Part shown: piece by piece, positions 37,900 to 46,855 of the stretch
How the letters are laid out: each line of letters starts with the position of its first letter
How positions within the stretch are numbered: the stretch's first letter is position 1
IMG/VR virus record: IMGVR_UViG_3300010885_052266
Span: 1-64,000 of that record
Length of the DNA: 64,000 bases
Origin: a virus
Direction: 5' to 3' (one strand)
Program-made: the position numbers and the translations under genes
Notes under the pieces: generated by a model
Database searches by the model: none
What the model was told of the DNA's origin: nothing
What the model saw: the letters and a program-made list of their open reading frames with translations, nothing else

Positions 37900-38907
37900 A
37901 TGCAAGAAACTGCTCTGGCTCATCACGAGCCGGATCTTCCATCGTACGACCACATCATTGTGGCGTTCAGTGGCGGCAAGGACTCACTCGCGTGCGTCCT
38001 GCATTTGCTTGAGCTGGGCGTGCCGGCGGACAAGATCGAGCTGCACCACCATCTCGTCGATGGTGGTGGCGGAACGGCTCTTATGGACTGGCCGGTGACC
38101 GAAGCCTACTGCGCGGCAGTCGCGCAGGCGCTTGAGATGCCATTGCTCCGCTCCTGGCGGTGCGGTGGCTTCTTGCGCGAGATGACCCGAGACAACCAGC
38201 CGACCGCCTCGATCATGTTCGAGCGGCTCGATGGCACACTCACAGAGGTCGGCGGCAATGGGCCAAAGGGGACGCGCCTGCGCTTCCCCCAGGTCTCTGC
38301 CGACCTCTCGGTGCGCTACTGTAGCGCCTATCTGAAAATCGACGTGTGCGACGCGTTGATCCGCAACGATGACCGCTTTCGCGGCACACGCACGCTGGTG
38401 GTAACCGGCGAGCGTGCCGAGGAAAGCTCGGCCCGGGCCCGCTATGCGGTGTTCGAGCCGCATCGGGCGGATCTGCGCGACGGACGGCGCTACCAGCGCC
38501 ACGTCGACGCCTGGCGGCCCGTCCACGGCTGGTCACGCGAACAGGTATGGGCGATCATCCAGCGCCACGGGATCATCCCGCACCCGGCCTATTACATCGG
38601 CTGGGGCAGGCTGTCCTGCTTGTGCTGCATCTTCGGAAGCCCGGACCAATGGGCTTCCATCAAAGCGATCGCGCCCTGGGAATTCGACCGGATCGCGCAA
38701 TACGAGAGGCAATTCGGCACCACCATCCATCGGACCGAATCGGTGGTTGCGAGGGCCGCAAAGGGGAAACCCTACGCGGCAATCGAGGCCAACCCCGATC
38801 ATGTCTCGACATGCCTGGATATGGCATTCTATGCCCCGGTTCGCTGCAACCCCGCTGACTGGCTCATGCCGGCCGGCGCGTTTGGCGAGAACACGGGGCC
38901 AACCTGA
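37900..38907 (+). CDS. PAPS reductase family protein
   Basis: VAFSGGKDSLA, RYCSAYLK, GERAEESSARA, HPAY..GWGRLSCLCCI. Confidence 0.88.
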   Translation: MQETALAHHEPDLPSYDHIIVAFSGGKDSLACVLHLLELGVPADKIELHHHLVDGGGGTALMDWPVTEAYCAAVAQALEMPLLRSWRCGGFLREMTRDNQPTASIMFERLDGTLTEVGGNGPKGTRLRFPQVSADLSVRYCSAYLKIDVCDALIRNDDRFRGTRTLVVTGERAEESSARARYAVFEPHRADLRDGRRYQRHVDAWRPVHGWSREQVWAIIQRHGIIPHPAYYIGWGRLSCLCCIFGSPDQWASIKAIAPWEFDRIAQYERQFGTTIHRTESVVARAAKGKPYAAIEANPDHVSTCLDMAFYAPVRCNPADWLMPAGAFGENTGPT

Positions 38908-38959
38908 AACCCGCTCCGGCGGGTCGCCTCGCAATCACGCGAGGCAAGAGGAATTCAAA

Positions 38960-39304
38960 ATGGAAAAAGAAGAACCATGGCGCCGGGAAATTGTCCGGCG
39001 TGACGTCGTATTCGCGTCACTCGATGAGCTGGGGAATATCCTCTCGAAAAAACAGGCCAAGGCGTTCGTCTGGCCGGACGAGGGAGAATTCCGCGGCGGT
39101 GACTGGCACTTCAACGATGAGCACCGCGGCCAATACGAGCCTCTGATCATCGATCCGCAGACGGCGAAAGCGATGACCGTAATCCATGACTCCCTGAGCC
39201 CCAGGAACCAGGCGACGTTTGCCGGACATGTAAGCAAGGGGCGGGGCCACTTCGGGGTGTGCTTTGAATTCTCCTGGAAGCATGTTCGCTTTGGCTCGAC
39301 CTGA
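38960..39304 (+). CDS. Array gene, hypothetical
   Basis: Bounded by motifs. Confidence 0.7.
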   Translation: MEKEEPWRREIVRRDVVFASLDELGNILSKKQAKAFVWPDEGEFRGGDWHFNDEHRGQYEPLIIDPQTAKAMTVIHDSLSPRNQATFAGHVSKGRGHFGVCFEFSWKHVRFGST

Positions 39305-39359
39305 AACCCGCTCCGGCGGGTCACCTAGCGCCGATGCGAGGCATGAGGAAACTGAAACT

Positions 39360-39596
39360 ATGACAGACTACCTTATCACCGAACTCGACGACGGTTTCCA
39401 CGTCCGCGTCCTTGCTGCTGCCAGGACCACAGAAACCGCCTATAAGAAGTTCGCCAAAGAGAGCCGGGCCCGATGGGCTGCAGGCCAGACTTTTTTTAGC
39501 CCTGTACGTCGCGTCCGCGGTGGCCGCTCGCAAGTTCACGGCATGCTGGACCGCGACGTAGCGGCGCTGCCCACTTGGGGCGATGACGCACCCTGA
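39360..39596 (+). CDS. Array gene, hypothetical
   Basis: Bounded by motifs. Confidence 0.6.
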   Translation: MTDYLITELDDGFHVRVLAAARTTETAYKKFAKESRARWAAGQTFFSPVRRVRGGRSQVHGMLDRDVAALPTWGDDAP

Positions 39597-39646
39597 AACC
39601 CGCTCCGGCGGGTCGCCCGCATCTCCGCGGGCCAGAGGAAACCACG

Positions 39647-39970
39647 ATGGCCCGAAACGCCATGATCGGCTCCGGAGAGCGGTTGCGCAGCAAAACGCGG
39701 CGCTGGCTCTCTCCTTTTCCGACCATCAACACCCACACCGAGCGTTCCACCCGCGCCACCCTTGCGCGTGTGGCGACGTGGCTGGTCGAGGAGGCGCGTG
39801 CCGAGGCGCGAGCGACCCGAGATGATTGGGCCGCGACCCTGCTCAGGGGATGCAATCCCCGCAACCTGTCGCAGTCCGACATGGACACGCTGAACCACTT
39901 TCTGTTCGGCGATGTCGACGGGCCCGGCCCTGAGCATCGCGAAGCGCCGCACCCCTCTCTATTCGAATAG
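39647..39970 (+). CDS. Last array gene, hypothetical
   Basis: Follows motif 39595 and precedes the terminator. Confidence 0.65.
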   Translation: MARNAMIGSGERLRSKTRRWLSPFPTINTHTERSTRATLARVATWLVEEARAEARATRDDWAATLLRGCNPRNLSQSDMDTLNHFLFGDVDGPGPEHREAPHPSLFE

Positions 39971-39972
39971 CC

Positions 39973-40012
39973 TAGCCCCACCGGGTCCGCCCGGTGGGGC
40001 TATTTTCGTTTC
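39973..40012 (+). terminator. Intrinsic terminator closing the array
   Basis: TAGCCCCACCGGG tccg CCCGGTGGGGCTA followed by TTTTCGTTTC. Confidence 0.85.
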
Positions 40013-40120
40013 AACATTTCGGTTGACTCGACACACTACAGCGTGGGATGGTGGCGGCGTTCGAGAGACACGGAGCGAATTCATGATGCTGCTGAGCAGC
40101 TGCCCGCGGGGATACCCGCG

Positions 40121-40441
40121 ATGACGGACCGGCGAGACTGGAAGTCCAGGTCGGTAGCCCAGCCGGAACCCGGCTATTTCCGATACAGGATGGTCCGCAA
40201 TGGGCCGTTTGTCCCTGCCCGCATTTGCCACGAGGATGGCCTCTGGTGGGCCATGATCGAAGGCAGGGCCAAAGAGAAGGCATCTGACCCGGCCGCTGCG
40301 CCGAAGGTCTACCCGATCTGGCACGGCGCCGAGATGATCTCCGAGCGGCAATACTGGGCCGATATGGCGAAACGCGGCCTGCCGAATGCCTTGCCCGCCA
40401 ACAAGCCCATCGACCTGACCAACCTTCCCCCTTTGTTCTGA
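40121..40441 (+). CDS. Hypothetical phage protein
   Basis: PEPGYFR.R.VRNGPFVPARI. Confidence 0.65.
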   Translation: MTDRRDWKSRSVAQPEPGYFRYRMVRNGPFVPARICHEDGLWWAMIEGRAKEKASDPAAAPKVYPIWHGAEMISERQYWADMAKRGLPNALPANKPIDLTNLPPLF

Positions 40442-40452
40442 AAGAAGAGGCA

Positions 40453-41463
40453 ATGAACGATTTCAATGTTCCGACGCGCGGCGTTGGCGACAATAGCGGC
40501 GATGTGCCTGAACTGTTTACACTCGATCCGGAGCTGATCCGGGAGCAGCTCGGCCAGGACTATGGGTCCATGGTGCGCAAGCGGGACGAGCTGCTCGCGG
40601 GAGTCGCTCGGCTCTGCCTCACGTACACGACAAAGGCGCGGTTCCCCACGCTCGAAGCGATTACCAACGCCACCGACATTCAGGTCGGGGCAGTGTGCGT
40701 CGTCGACCGATCGGGGGAGTTGCCCCCATGTGCCGTGCTCATCGAACGGCGCAAGGAAGCAACCGGACGCCAGACCTCAATCCTGACCGCCGCTGAGACG
40801 ATCCGCCACCTGCTGAACACGATCGCGATCCCAGACGAAGAGGTTGCCGCCCGGGTCGTGTCGTTCGTCAGGCAGATCAAGGATCACCTCAAGCCGGTCG
40901 AAGCTGCTCGGGTCAAAGAGAAGGGCCCCTATGACGGAGCCGCCTCGGCCGTGCAGAGCTTCTTCAAGGCAACCATCGCCGACCCGCTCGGCGCGGCAGC
41001 CTCCGGGATCGAGACCGGTCCGCTCAAGACCTATGCCGCGGAGAAGGCGGCGGCCGAGAGGCGCCGGCGGGAGGCCGAGGCCGAGGAGGCCCGCCAGAAG
41101 GCCGAGCAGGCCAAGCAGGAGGCCGAGGCCGCGCGCAAGGCAGCCGAGGCGGTCATGACGGAGCGTGCCCTCGATCACGCCATCGATACGACGGACCGCG
41201 CCATTGTCGTGACCGAGGCGGCCGAACGCCTGGAGCGCCAGGCCGCGGCTCCGGTGCGGGATATGGCGCGCACACGCGGCTCGGCAGGCGGCGTGCTGTC
41301 GGCCCGATCGGTCTGGAAGCACCGGGTCGTGGATCCCGACAAGGTTCCGGATGATTTCTGGGTCATCGACCACGACAAGCTGGCCGCCCTGGCGCGGCAG
41401 GATAAGGCCGGCGCGTCCGTGCCCGGTGTCGAATTTTTCGACGATGTGACTGTGAGGGTGTGA
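40453..41463 (+). CDS. Coiled-coil recombination-region phage protein
   Basis: GDN start, coiled coil, VPGVEFF end; adjacent to ERF. Confidence 0.6.
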   Translation: MNDFNVPTRGVGDNSGDVPELFTLDPELIREQLGQDYGSMVRKRDELLAGVARLCLTYTTKARFPTLEAITNATDIQVGAVCVVDRSGELPPCAVLIERRKEATGRQTSILTAAETIRHLLNTIAIPDEEVAARVVSFVRQIKDHLKPVEAARVKEKGPYDGAASAVQSFFKATIADPLGAAASGIETGPLKTYAAEKAAAERRRREAEAEEARQKAEQAKQEAEAARKAAEAVMTERALDHAIDTTDRAIVVTEAAERLERQAAAPVRDMARTRGSAGGVLSARSVWKHRVVDPDKVPDDFWVIDHDKLAALARQDKAGASVPGVEFFDDVTVRV

Positions 41464-43028
41464 TGGATCAGCGCGTCGAAATTTCTCTCCCGAGCGATCC
41501 CGGCCCGGCCGAGCACATGACCGCGGAGGCGATGCTCAACCCGGCATTGTTCATGTCGCCCCGCATCGACCAATTATCCAAGGCGCTGAGCGCAGCGCAA
41601 GGGGAGATGCAAAATCCGAAAAAGAATGAGACCGCGACTGTTACGTCACGACGGACGGGCACAACCTTTCAGTATTCCTATGCCACGTTGTCGGCAATAC
41701 TTGACACGGTGCGCGCTCCTCTGAAGAACAACGGTTTATTCCTCTCGCAGATTGTGACGGGAAACGACCTGACCGTCATGTTGTGCCATGAGTCTGGCCA
41801 ATGGATGCGGGCCGGGATCCGCCTCCAACCCGCAGATTCCGGACCACAGGCGTTTGCCTCTGAGCTGACCGCATACCGCCGACATTTGATTCAAGGGCTG
41901 CTATCGATCAGCGCCGAGGATGACGATGACAGCAACATCGCCGAAGGCAACAATGTCACGCCAGGTCCCCGAGACCAGAGGCGCTGGGATCCCGAAGCGC
42001 CGGCCCAACCGGCCGAGGCGGACCCGTTGCTGGCCATGGCCCTTCGCACCCACAACGTCCGCGAGGGTGGTAACCTGCTGCGCCTCTGGATGGTCCAGGG
42101 CCGCGAGCGCGTCGAAAAGATGCGGCGGCAGGAGGACCAGCAGGAGCAGTTCTGCGCGGTCATCGACGCCGTTGCTAAGGCACTCCAACGAAGTTTAGGC
42201 ACGGTGCTGGCCAGCGCCTGGAAGGCGATCATGGTCGCCACCACACGGGAGCAAGAGCGTGCTGTCGTGGAAAAGATGGACGGCGAGTGGGCTGATACCC
42301 TGGCCGCGTTCCGGGCCGCCGAACCAGCGGTACACCAAGACCTGATGCGTCACGTGACCGCGCGGCGCGAGATCATCGCGGCCAATGTGAAGGCCGCCCA
42401 GGCCGAGGCCGATCGGATCGCGAAGGAGGATGCCGCGAAGGGGCCGCCGTTCGAGTATCGCGTGGCGGATTTCGTGGGTGATTTTTCGGACGAAATCTAC
42501 ACCAGTGCCGAGACCTGGGCGCGGGCATACGAGGCCATGTATCGCGCCACGCCGCCGGAGCACCTGCCGCTCCTCGCCGAGCACAATGCCGAAGCGTTGA
42601 TGGATGCGGTGAAGCACTTCGGGGCAGAGGTTCTCCTGACCGACCTGCACCGGGAGGAAGCACCACGAGACGATGCGGGCGCGGCCCGTCCGATGGTCAC
42701 GGCGACACGGATAGCCGACGGCTCTGTGACTACCCCGACGTTCACCACCAAGACACCCCCGGCACCGCCACTGTCCGAAGAGGAAGCCCTGGTAACGCTG
42801 CCGAAAGGGCGCGGCGAGGGCTACGACCTGGCCCTGTATCTGAAAGCGATCGGCGCATCCTTGGACGGGACGGTCCGCACCATCGCCGACATGGACGTCT
42901 GGGAGCGGGTGAATTCGCCGATCTACCTGTCGGACAAGCTCCAAGGCGCGGATAGCACACGCATGCGGGTGTTCCGCGCCGTGGCGGCCCGCAAGCGTGG
43001 CCTCGGCATCCAGATCGACGCCGAGTGA
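41463..43028 (+). CDS. erf: ERF-family ssDNA annealing protein with a long C-terminal extension
   Basis: ALSAAQGEM, YSYATL, HESGQWM, PQAFASELTAYRR, EDDDDSN. Confidence 0.85.
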   Translation: MDQRVEISLPSDPGPAEHMTAEAMLNPALFMSPRIDQLSKALSAAQGEMQNPKKNETATVTSRRTGTTFQYSYATLSAILDTVRAPLKNNGLFLSQIVTGNDLTVMLCHESGQWMRAGIRLQPADSGPQAFASELTAYRRHLIQGLLSISAEDDDDSNIAEGNNVTPGPRDQRRWDPEAPAQPAEADPLLAMALRTHNVREGGNLLRLWMVQGRERVEKMRRQEDQQEQFCAVIDAVAKALQRSLGTVLASAWKAIMVATTREQERAVVEKMDGEWADTLAAFRAAEPAVHQDLMRHVTARREIIAANVKAAQAEADRIAKEDAAKGPPFEYRVADFVGDFSDEIYTSAETWARAYEAMYRATPPEHLPLLAEHNAEALMDAVKHFGAEVLLTDLHREEAPRDDAGAARPMVTATRIADGSVTTPTFTTKTPPAPPLSEEEALVTLPKGRGEGYDLALYLKAIGASLDGTVRTIADMDVWERVNSPIYLSDKLQGADSTRMRVFRAVAARKRGLGIQIDAE

Positions 43029-43043
43029 GACCGGAGCACGGCT

Positions 43044-43415
43044 ATGTCGGACGATTGGCGCGACGCCGACGGCAACCTCGATCCCCAGCTGATCGGCCAC
43101 GATATCGAGACGCTGGGGCACGCCTGGGCCGGGCTGAGCCACGCGGCATCCCTCCTGGACAAGACCCAGACCGCGGTCTTTGCCCAGATGGTGTTGGCCC
43201 ACATGGAGGAGCACTCCGGGGTGAGCCGGGCCACGGCAGAGCTGAAGGTGCGTGGCTCCGATGACTGGATGAACCACATCTACGCGGCTCTCGATGCCCG
43301 TCGGAGAGCGAATGTGGCCCTGGTGAACTTCGAGGCAGGCAAGGCCCGGTTCGAGGCGATGCGGACGCAGGAAGCCAGCCGGCGTGTGGAAATGACAACT
43401 CTCGGGAGGCGGTGA
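43044..43415 (+). CDS. Hypothetical recombination-associated protein
   Basis: Lies between erf and ssb; helical. Confidence 0.55.
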   Translation: MSDDWRDADGNLDPQLIGHDIETLGHAWAGLSHAASLLDKTQTAVFAQMVLAHMEEHSGVSRATAELKVRGSDDWMNHIYAALDARRRANVALVNFEAGKARFEAMRTQEASRRVEMTTLGRR

Positions 43416-43957
43416 TGGCAGCGTCAATGAACAAGGTCCTACTGATCGGAAATCTGGGGAAAGACCCGGAAATCCGGAACACCCAGGACGGCAAGAAGAC
43501 CGCCAGCATGACCCTGGCCACGAGCGAGTCCTGGACCGACCGCGCCTCCGGTGAGCGCAAGGAGCGGACCGAGTGGCACCGCGTCGTCGTGTTCAACGAG
43601 ATGCTCGCCACGATCGCCGAGAAGTGGGCCAAGAAGGGTAGCAAGGTGATGGTCGAAGGCACCTTGCAGACCCGGAAATGGACCGGCCAGGACGGCGTGG
43701 AGCGATACTCCACCGAGGTCGTGCTCGGCCCCTACAAGGCATCTCTGATTATCCTGCATAGCAGCCACCGGGACGATGGCCACGCCGGCGACGCCGATAC
43801 GGGCGGGTCGGGACGTCGCGGCACCAGCGGGGCCGGCGGCGCGGCCGATCCTGCCCAGCGCGATGCAAGCGCACATTGGAGCCCAGGAGCGCCCACTCCC
43901 ACCCAGCGTGCGGACGGCAAACGCCACTTCGGCGATAACGACGAAATACCGTTCTAA
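43415..43957 (+). CDS. ssb: Single-stranded DNA-binding protein
   Basis: NKVLLIGNLGKDPE, ATSESW, TEWHRVV, VEGTLQTRKW, C-terminal DEIPF. Confidence 0.97.
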   Translation: MAASMNKVLLIGNLGKDPEIRNTQDGKKTASMTLATSESWTDRASGERKERTEWHRVVVFNEMLATIAEKWAKKGSKVMVEGTLQTRKWTGQDGVERYSTEVVLGPYKASLIILHSSHRDDGHAGDADTGGSGRRGTSGAGGAADPAQRDASAHWSPGAPTPTQRADGKRHFGDNDEIPF

Positions 43958-44065
43958 CCCGCAGGATTGGAATAATTCCAGAATAGCGTTTTTGCGCTTG
44001 CCAAACACACCGTAATGTGTGACCTCATGTTTATAGCCAACCAGGTCACACCGAAGGGGGACACG

Positions 44066-44449
44066 ATGCCGCCGGCACCACCACAACGAGATGACTCTAG
44101 CGGCTTTGCAAGCTTCGTGGATATGCTGGAGGCCCTGGAGGGCGGACAGCTCGTGCGCGACGCGACCGACGCGATGCACACGCTGTCTCATACGCTTCGC
44201 GACCACATGATAATGGGGCGAAAGGCCAAGGGCACGCTCAAGATTACGATCAATCTGAGCGCCGATCGCGGCCTGATCGAGGCGATCGCCGACGTTACCG
44301 TCAAGGAGCCGGCGCTGCCTCGCACGCGGTCGGCCTTCTACGCGACCGGATCAGGCCGCCTGACACGCGAGGACCCAACCCAGCCGAACCTGCCGCTGCA
44401 GGGCGTGGACGATCATCCCAGCGTTCGGCGCCTTCGGGGGGTCGATTAA
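44066..44449 (+). CDS. Hypothetical protein typically paired with DUF2303
   Basis: FYAT..G.LTREDP.Q..LPL. Confidence 0.65.
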   Translation: MPPAPPQRDDSSGFASFVDMLEALEGGQLVRDATDAMHTLSHTLRDHMIMGRKAKGTLKITINLSADRGLIEAIADVTVKEPALPRTRSAFYATGSGRLTREDPTQPNLPLQGVDDHPSVRRLRGVD

Positions 44450-44500
44450 AGCGGCGCCAGCCAACCCACCACCAGCGCAACAACCACAAGGAGCGCTATC

Positions 44501-45556
44501 ATGATCGATGCCGACTTCCTCACGAAACTGGACGAACTGACCAGCGCCAATACGGACATCCGTATGGTGAATGTCACGTCGCCCCCCGGACCGGAAGCTT
44601 TTATTGGCCGTGTCTACGGGATGGATGTGCCGCAGGGACGCAAATTTGAGGATTTGACAGCCAAGCTGCTGCAGACCCTGCCGAACCCGCTGTCCCGCAC
44701 GGGAACGCAGACGCTGTTGGACCTCGACTCGTTCGCGGCCTATGTGAACCGCTACAAATTGCCCAACTCGGCGTTGTACGCCGAGCAGGGCACCAACGGA
44801 AACGCGCCGAAGCTTGTCGCGATCTTCGATGAGCACGATGCTGTGAACGTGCCTGCGCCGCTCGACAAAGCCACGATCTTGGAGATGAGGGCCGCGCATG
44901 ACGCCTTGAACGACGATGCCGCAGAAGACGAACAGGAACCGTTCGTCCTGCCGACGGTTTACACGTCGGCCGACACTCCCCGCCCGCAGTGGCGCCGGTT
45001 CCGCGCCGATTACCATTTCCCTGCGCACGACGCCTTCAAAGCCTGGTCAACTCAAAACAAGCAGCCCTTGTCGCAGTCTACTCTCGCGGAGTGGATCGAG
45101 GATCACATCACCGATGTCATGGACATCAGCACGGCCGATCAGATCAAGGCGGTCAAAACGCGAGACCTGATCGGCCAGCTCAATCTGAGCTTGGGGAATC
45201 GTCTCCAGCTGCTGACCGCGGCGCGCGGGATGGCGGTGAAGGTGACCGAAGCGGTGCGGAGTGCCGTCAACACGAACGACGGCAGCATTTCGGTGGCCTA
45301 CGAGCAGACCCACGAGGCTGCCAGCAGGGACCCAGACCTGAAGGTTCCGACCGCGTTCGTGATCGCGCTGCCGGTGTTCGAAGGGGGCGCGGTGTTCCAG
45401 CTTCTGACCCGCCTGAAGTACCGGAAAGAAGGGCAGACGTTGAAGTGGTCCTTCGACGTGTACAACTTGAAGCGCGCCGTCGACGTCGCTTTCACATCCG
45501 CGTGCGACGACGTGGTCGCCGCGACGGGTCTGCCGCTCTACTACGCCAAAGTCTGA
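44501..45556 (+). CDS. DUF2303 (YfdQ) family protein
   Basis: LDSFAAYVNR, LSQ..LAEWIEDH, P..F.IALPVFEGG, RLKYR. Confidence 0.8.
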   Translation: MIDADFLTKLDELTSANTDIRMVNVTSPPGPEAFIGRVYGMDVPQGRKFEDLTAKLLQTLPNPLSRTGTQTLLDLDSFAAYVNRYKLPNSALYAEQGTNGNAPKLVAIFDEHDAVNVPAPLDKATILEMRAAHDALNDDAAEDEQEPFVLPTVYTSADTPRPQWRRFRADYHFPAHDAFKAWSTQNKQPLSQSTLAEWIEDHITDVMDISTADQIKAVKTRDLIGQLNLSLGNRLQLLTAARGMAVKVTEAVRSAVNTNDGSISVAYEQTHEAASRDPDLKVPTAFVIALPVFEGGAVFQLLTRLKYRKEGQTLKWSFDVYNLKRAVDVAFTSACDDVVAATGLPLYYAKV

Positions 45557-45848
45557 AGAACAGGCCGGGCGCTTCGCGCGTCCGGCCTGTCTTCGTCTGG
45601 GAGGAAAACAATGGAAAGAATACCAATGGTTCCGCCGTGGCGGGCCTATGTCTGGTCGACACCAGGAAGTACTGGCCTTGCGACAGTTATCGCCGAGATC
45701 AAGGCCGGTCCTATCACGGTCCAGTATGAAGTCAGGTGGGCAGACGGATGCACGGACTGCTTTGATCCGAGTGAAATCCAGCCCGCACCCAACGTATTTC
45801 CCTGGGGGCCAGTCGCCAGACTCCCCCTCTTTGAATCAGGAGAAGATC

Positions 45849-46199
45849 GTGTCACTGCCGCTTCATGACGTTTTGCGCCCATTCGTGGAAGAGAATGACT
45901 TACTGTCAGTGCGGGCACTGACAATCCTGAGTTGGATCGTGGCGAACAGCGACGAACCCGAGAAGCGCACGGTCCGGGCCATCCACGGCGAATTCGGCAT
46001 CCCGAAGCCGTCTGTGACCCGGGTGATGGATGCGCTGTTCCCCGTCTATGCAACGCGCGTGCCTGATCCGTCGGATCGACGCTCGGTGCTGTGCCAGGCC
46101 ACGCCCGTAGGCAGGCAGCTGATGGGCGCCCCTCCCGGTTCCGACGAGAGGGAAAGGACCCGCCCGAAGAGCCGCTCGGGGCAGGGGGCCGCGGTATGA
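45849..46199 (+). CDS. MarR-family winged HTH
   Basis: TVRAI..EFGIPKPSVTR..D.L...DPSDRRSV. Confidence 0.75.
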   Translation: MSLPLHDVLRPFVEENDLLSVRALTILSWIVANSDEPEKRTVRAIHGEFGIPKPSVTRVMDALFPVYATRVPDPSDRRSVLCQATPVGRQLMGAPPGSDERERTRPKSRSGQGAAV

Positions 46200-46855
46200 G
46201 GCTCCTGATCGCCAAGGAGCTTGCCGCCGAGCGGGAAGCCGCCCTCAAGCGTGCCCCGACCATGAGGCTCCTGATCGACACCGCCGGCACCGGAATTCAG
46301 AACTGGAAGCTGGACCGGCACCACCCCGATCAACCCTACCTGACCAGGCTGACTCTGCTCAGCGACGATCCGAGCGTCACGCTGCCGATCTGCTCGCTGA
46401 CGATGGCGCCGGTCGCCATCGATGAAGAGGCCCGGGCGTTCTACGGGATCAGCGACGAGGACCTCGCCGAGCGGGGCGACCATGCGGGGGAAGTCTTTGC
46501 CGGCTTCCTCCACCAACTGGCGAAAGCTGACTCCGTCGCGGGATACTCGGTCAATTCCCACAAGCGCCTGCTCGACCGCACCGCGCGTCACCTGGGCCTG
46601 CCCGATATCCCGTGGCCGCACAGCATCTGCCTGATGCAGCACGCCGCGCCGATCGTGCAGGTCCGCCGGGAGCGCGGGCGCTGGGTCTGGCCGAAGATGG
46701 AAGTTGCCTACCGGCACTTCGCCGGTACCAACCTGCCGCGCCCGTCTGACCCGCTCCAGGCGGGGATCGAGCTGATCAAGGCGGCTGGCGTGATCAATGC
46801 CGGGATCGAGGCGCACGGAACCGGCGCTCCGCCGGCGGGAGGCGACGGTGGATAG
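46196..46855 (+). CDS. DnaQ-like 3'-5' exonuclease, probably inactive
   Basis: LLIDTAGTG (Exo I Glu lost), FYGISDE, ICLMQ, WPKMEVAYRHF. Confidence 0.6.
   Translation: MRLLIAKELAAEREAALKRAPTMRLLIDTAGTGIQNWKLDRHHPDQPYLTRLTLLSDDPSVTLPICSLTMAPVAIDEEARAFYGISDEDLAERGDHAGEVFAGFLHQLAKADSVAGYSVNSHKRLLDRTARHLGLPDIPWPHSICLMQHAAPIVQVRRERGRWVWPKMEVAYRHFAGTNLPRPSDPLQAGIELIKAAGVINAGIEAHGTGAPPAGGDGG

Larger units (their letters stand above)
25195..39646 (+). repeat. Array of 29 GAAA-hairpin-TH-hairpin-NTGA(GGA) motifs, one before almost every gene
   Basis: GAAA starts: 25195, 25449, 25730, 26003, 26616, 27142, 27664, 27955, 28387, 28700, 29602, 30380, 30800, 31577, 31990, 32543, 33153, 33482, 33944, 34360, 35049, 35388, 35746, 36195, 37473, 37838, 38906, 39303, 39595. 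Confidence 0.95.

Noticed and set aside
25195-39646. CRISPR array
   Set aside because: The repeats vary in sequence and are separated by whole genes of 0.2-1.3 kb; no cas genes are present.
25195-39646. Classical integron attC cassettes
   Set aside because: No IntI or tyrosine recombinase is in the window. The element is two short hairpins, mostly ending GTC, not a single RYYYAAC...GTTRRRY stem.
25195-39646. Intrinsic terminators between genes
   Set aside because: There are no U-tracts on the coding strand; the only clear terminator is at 39973.
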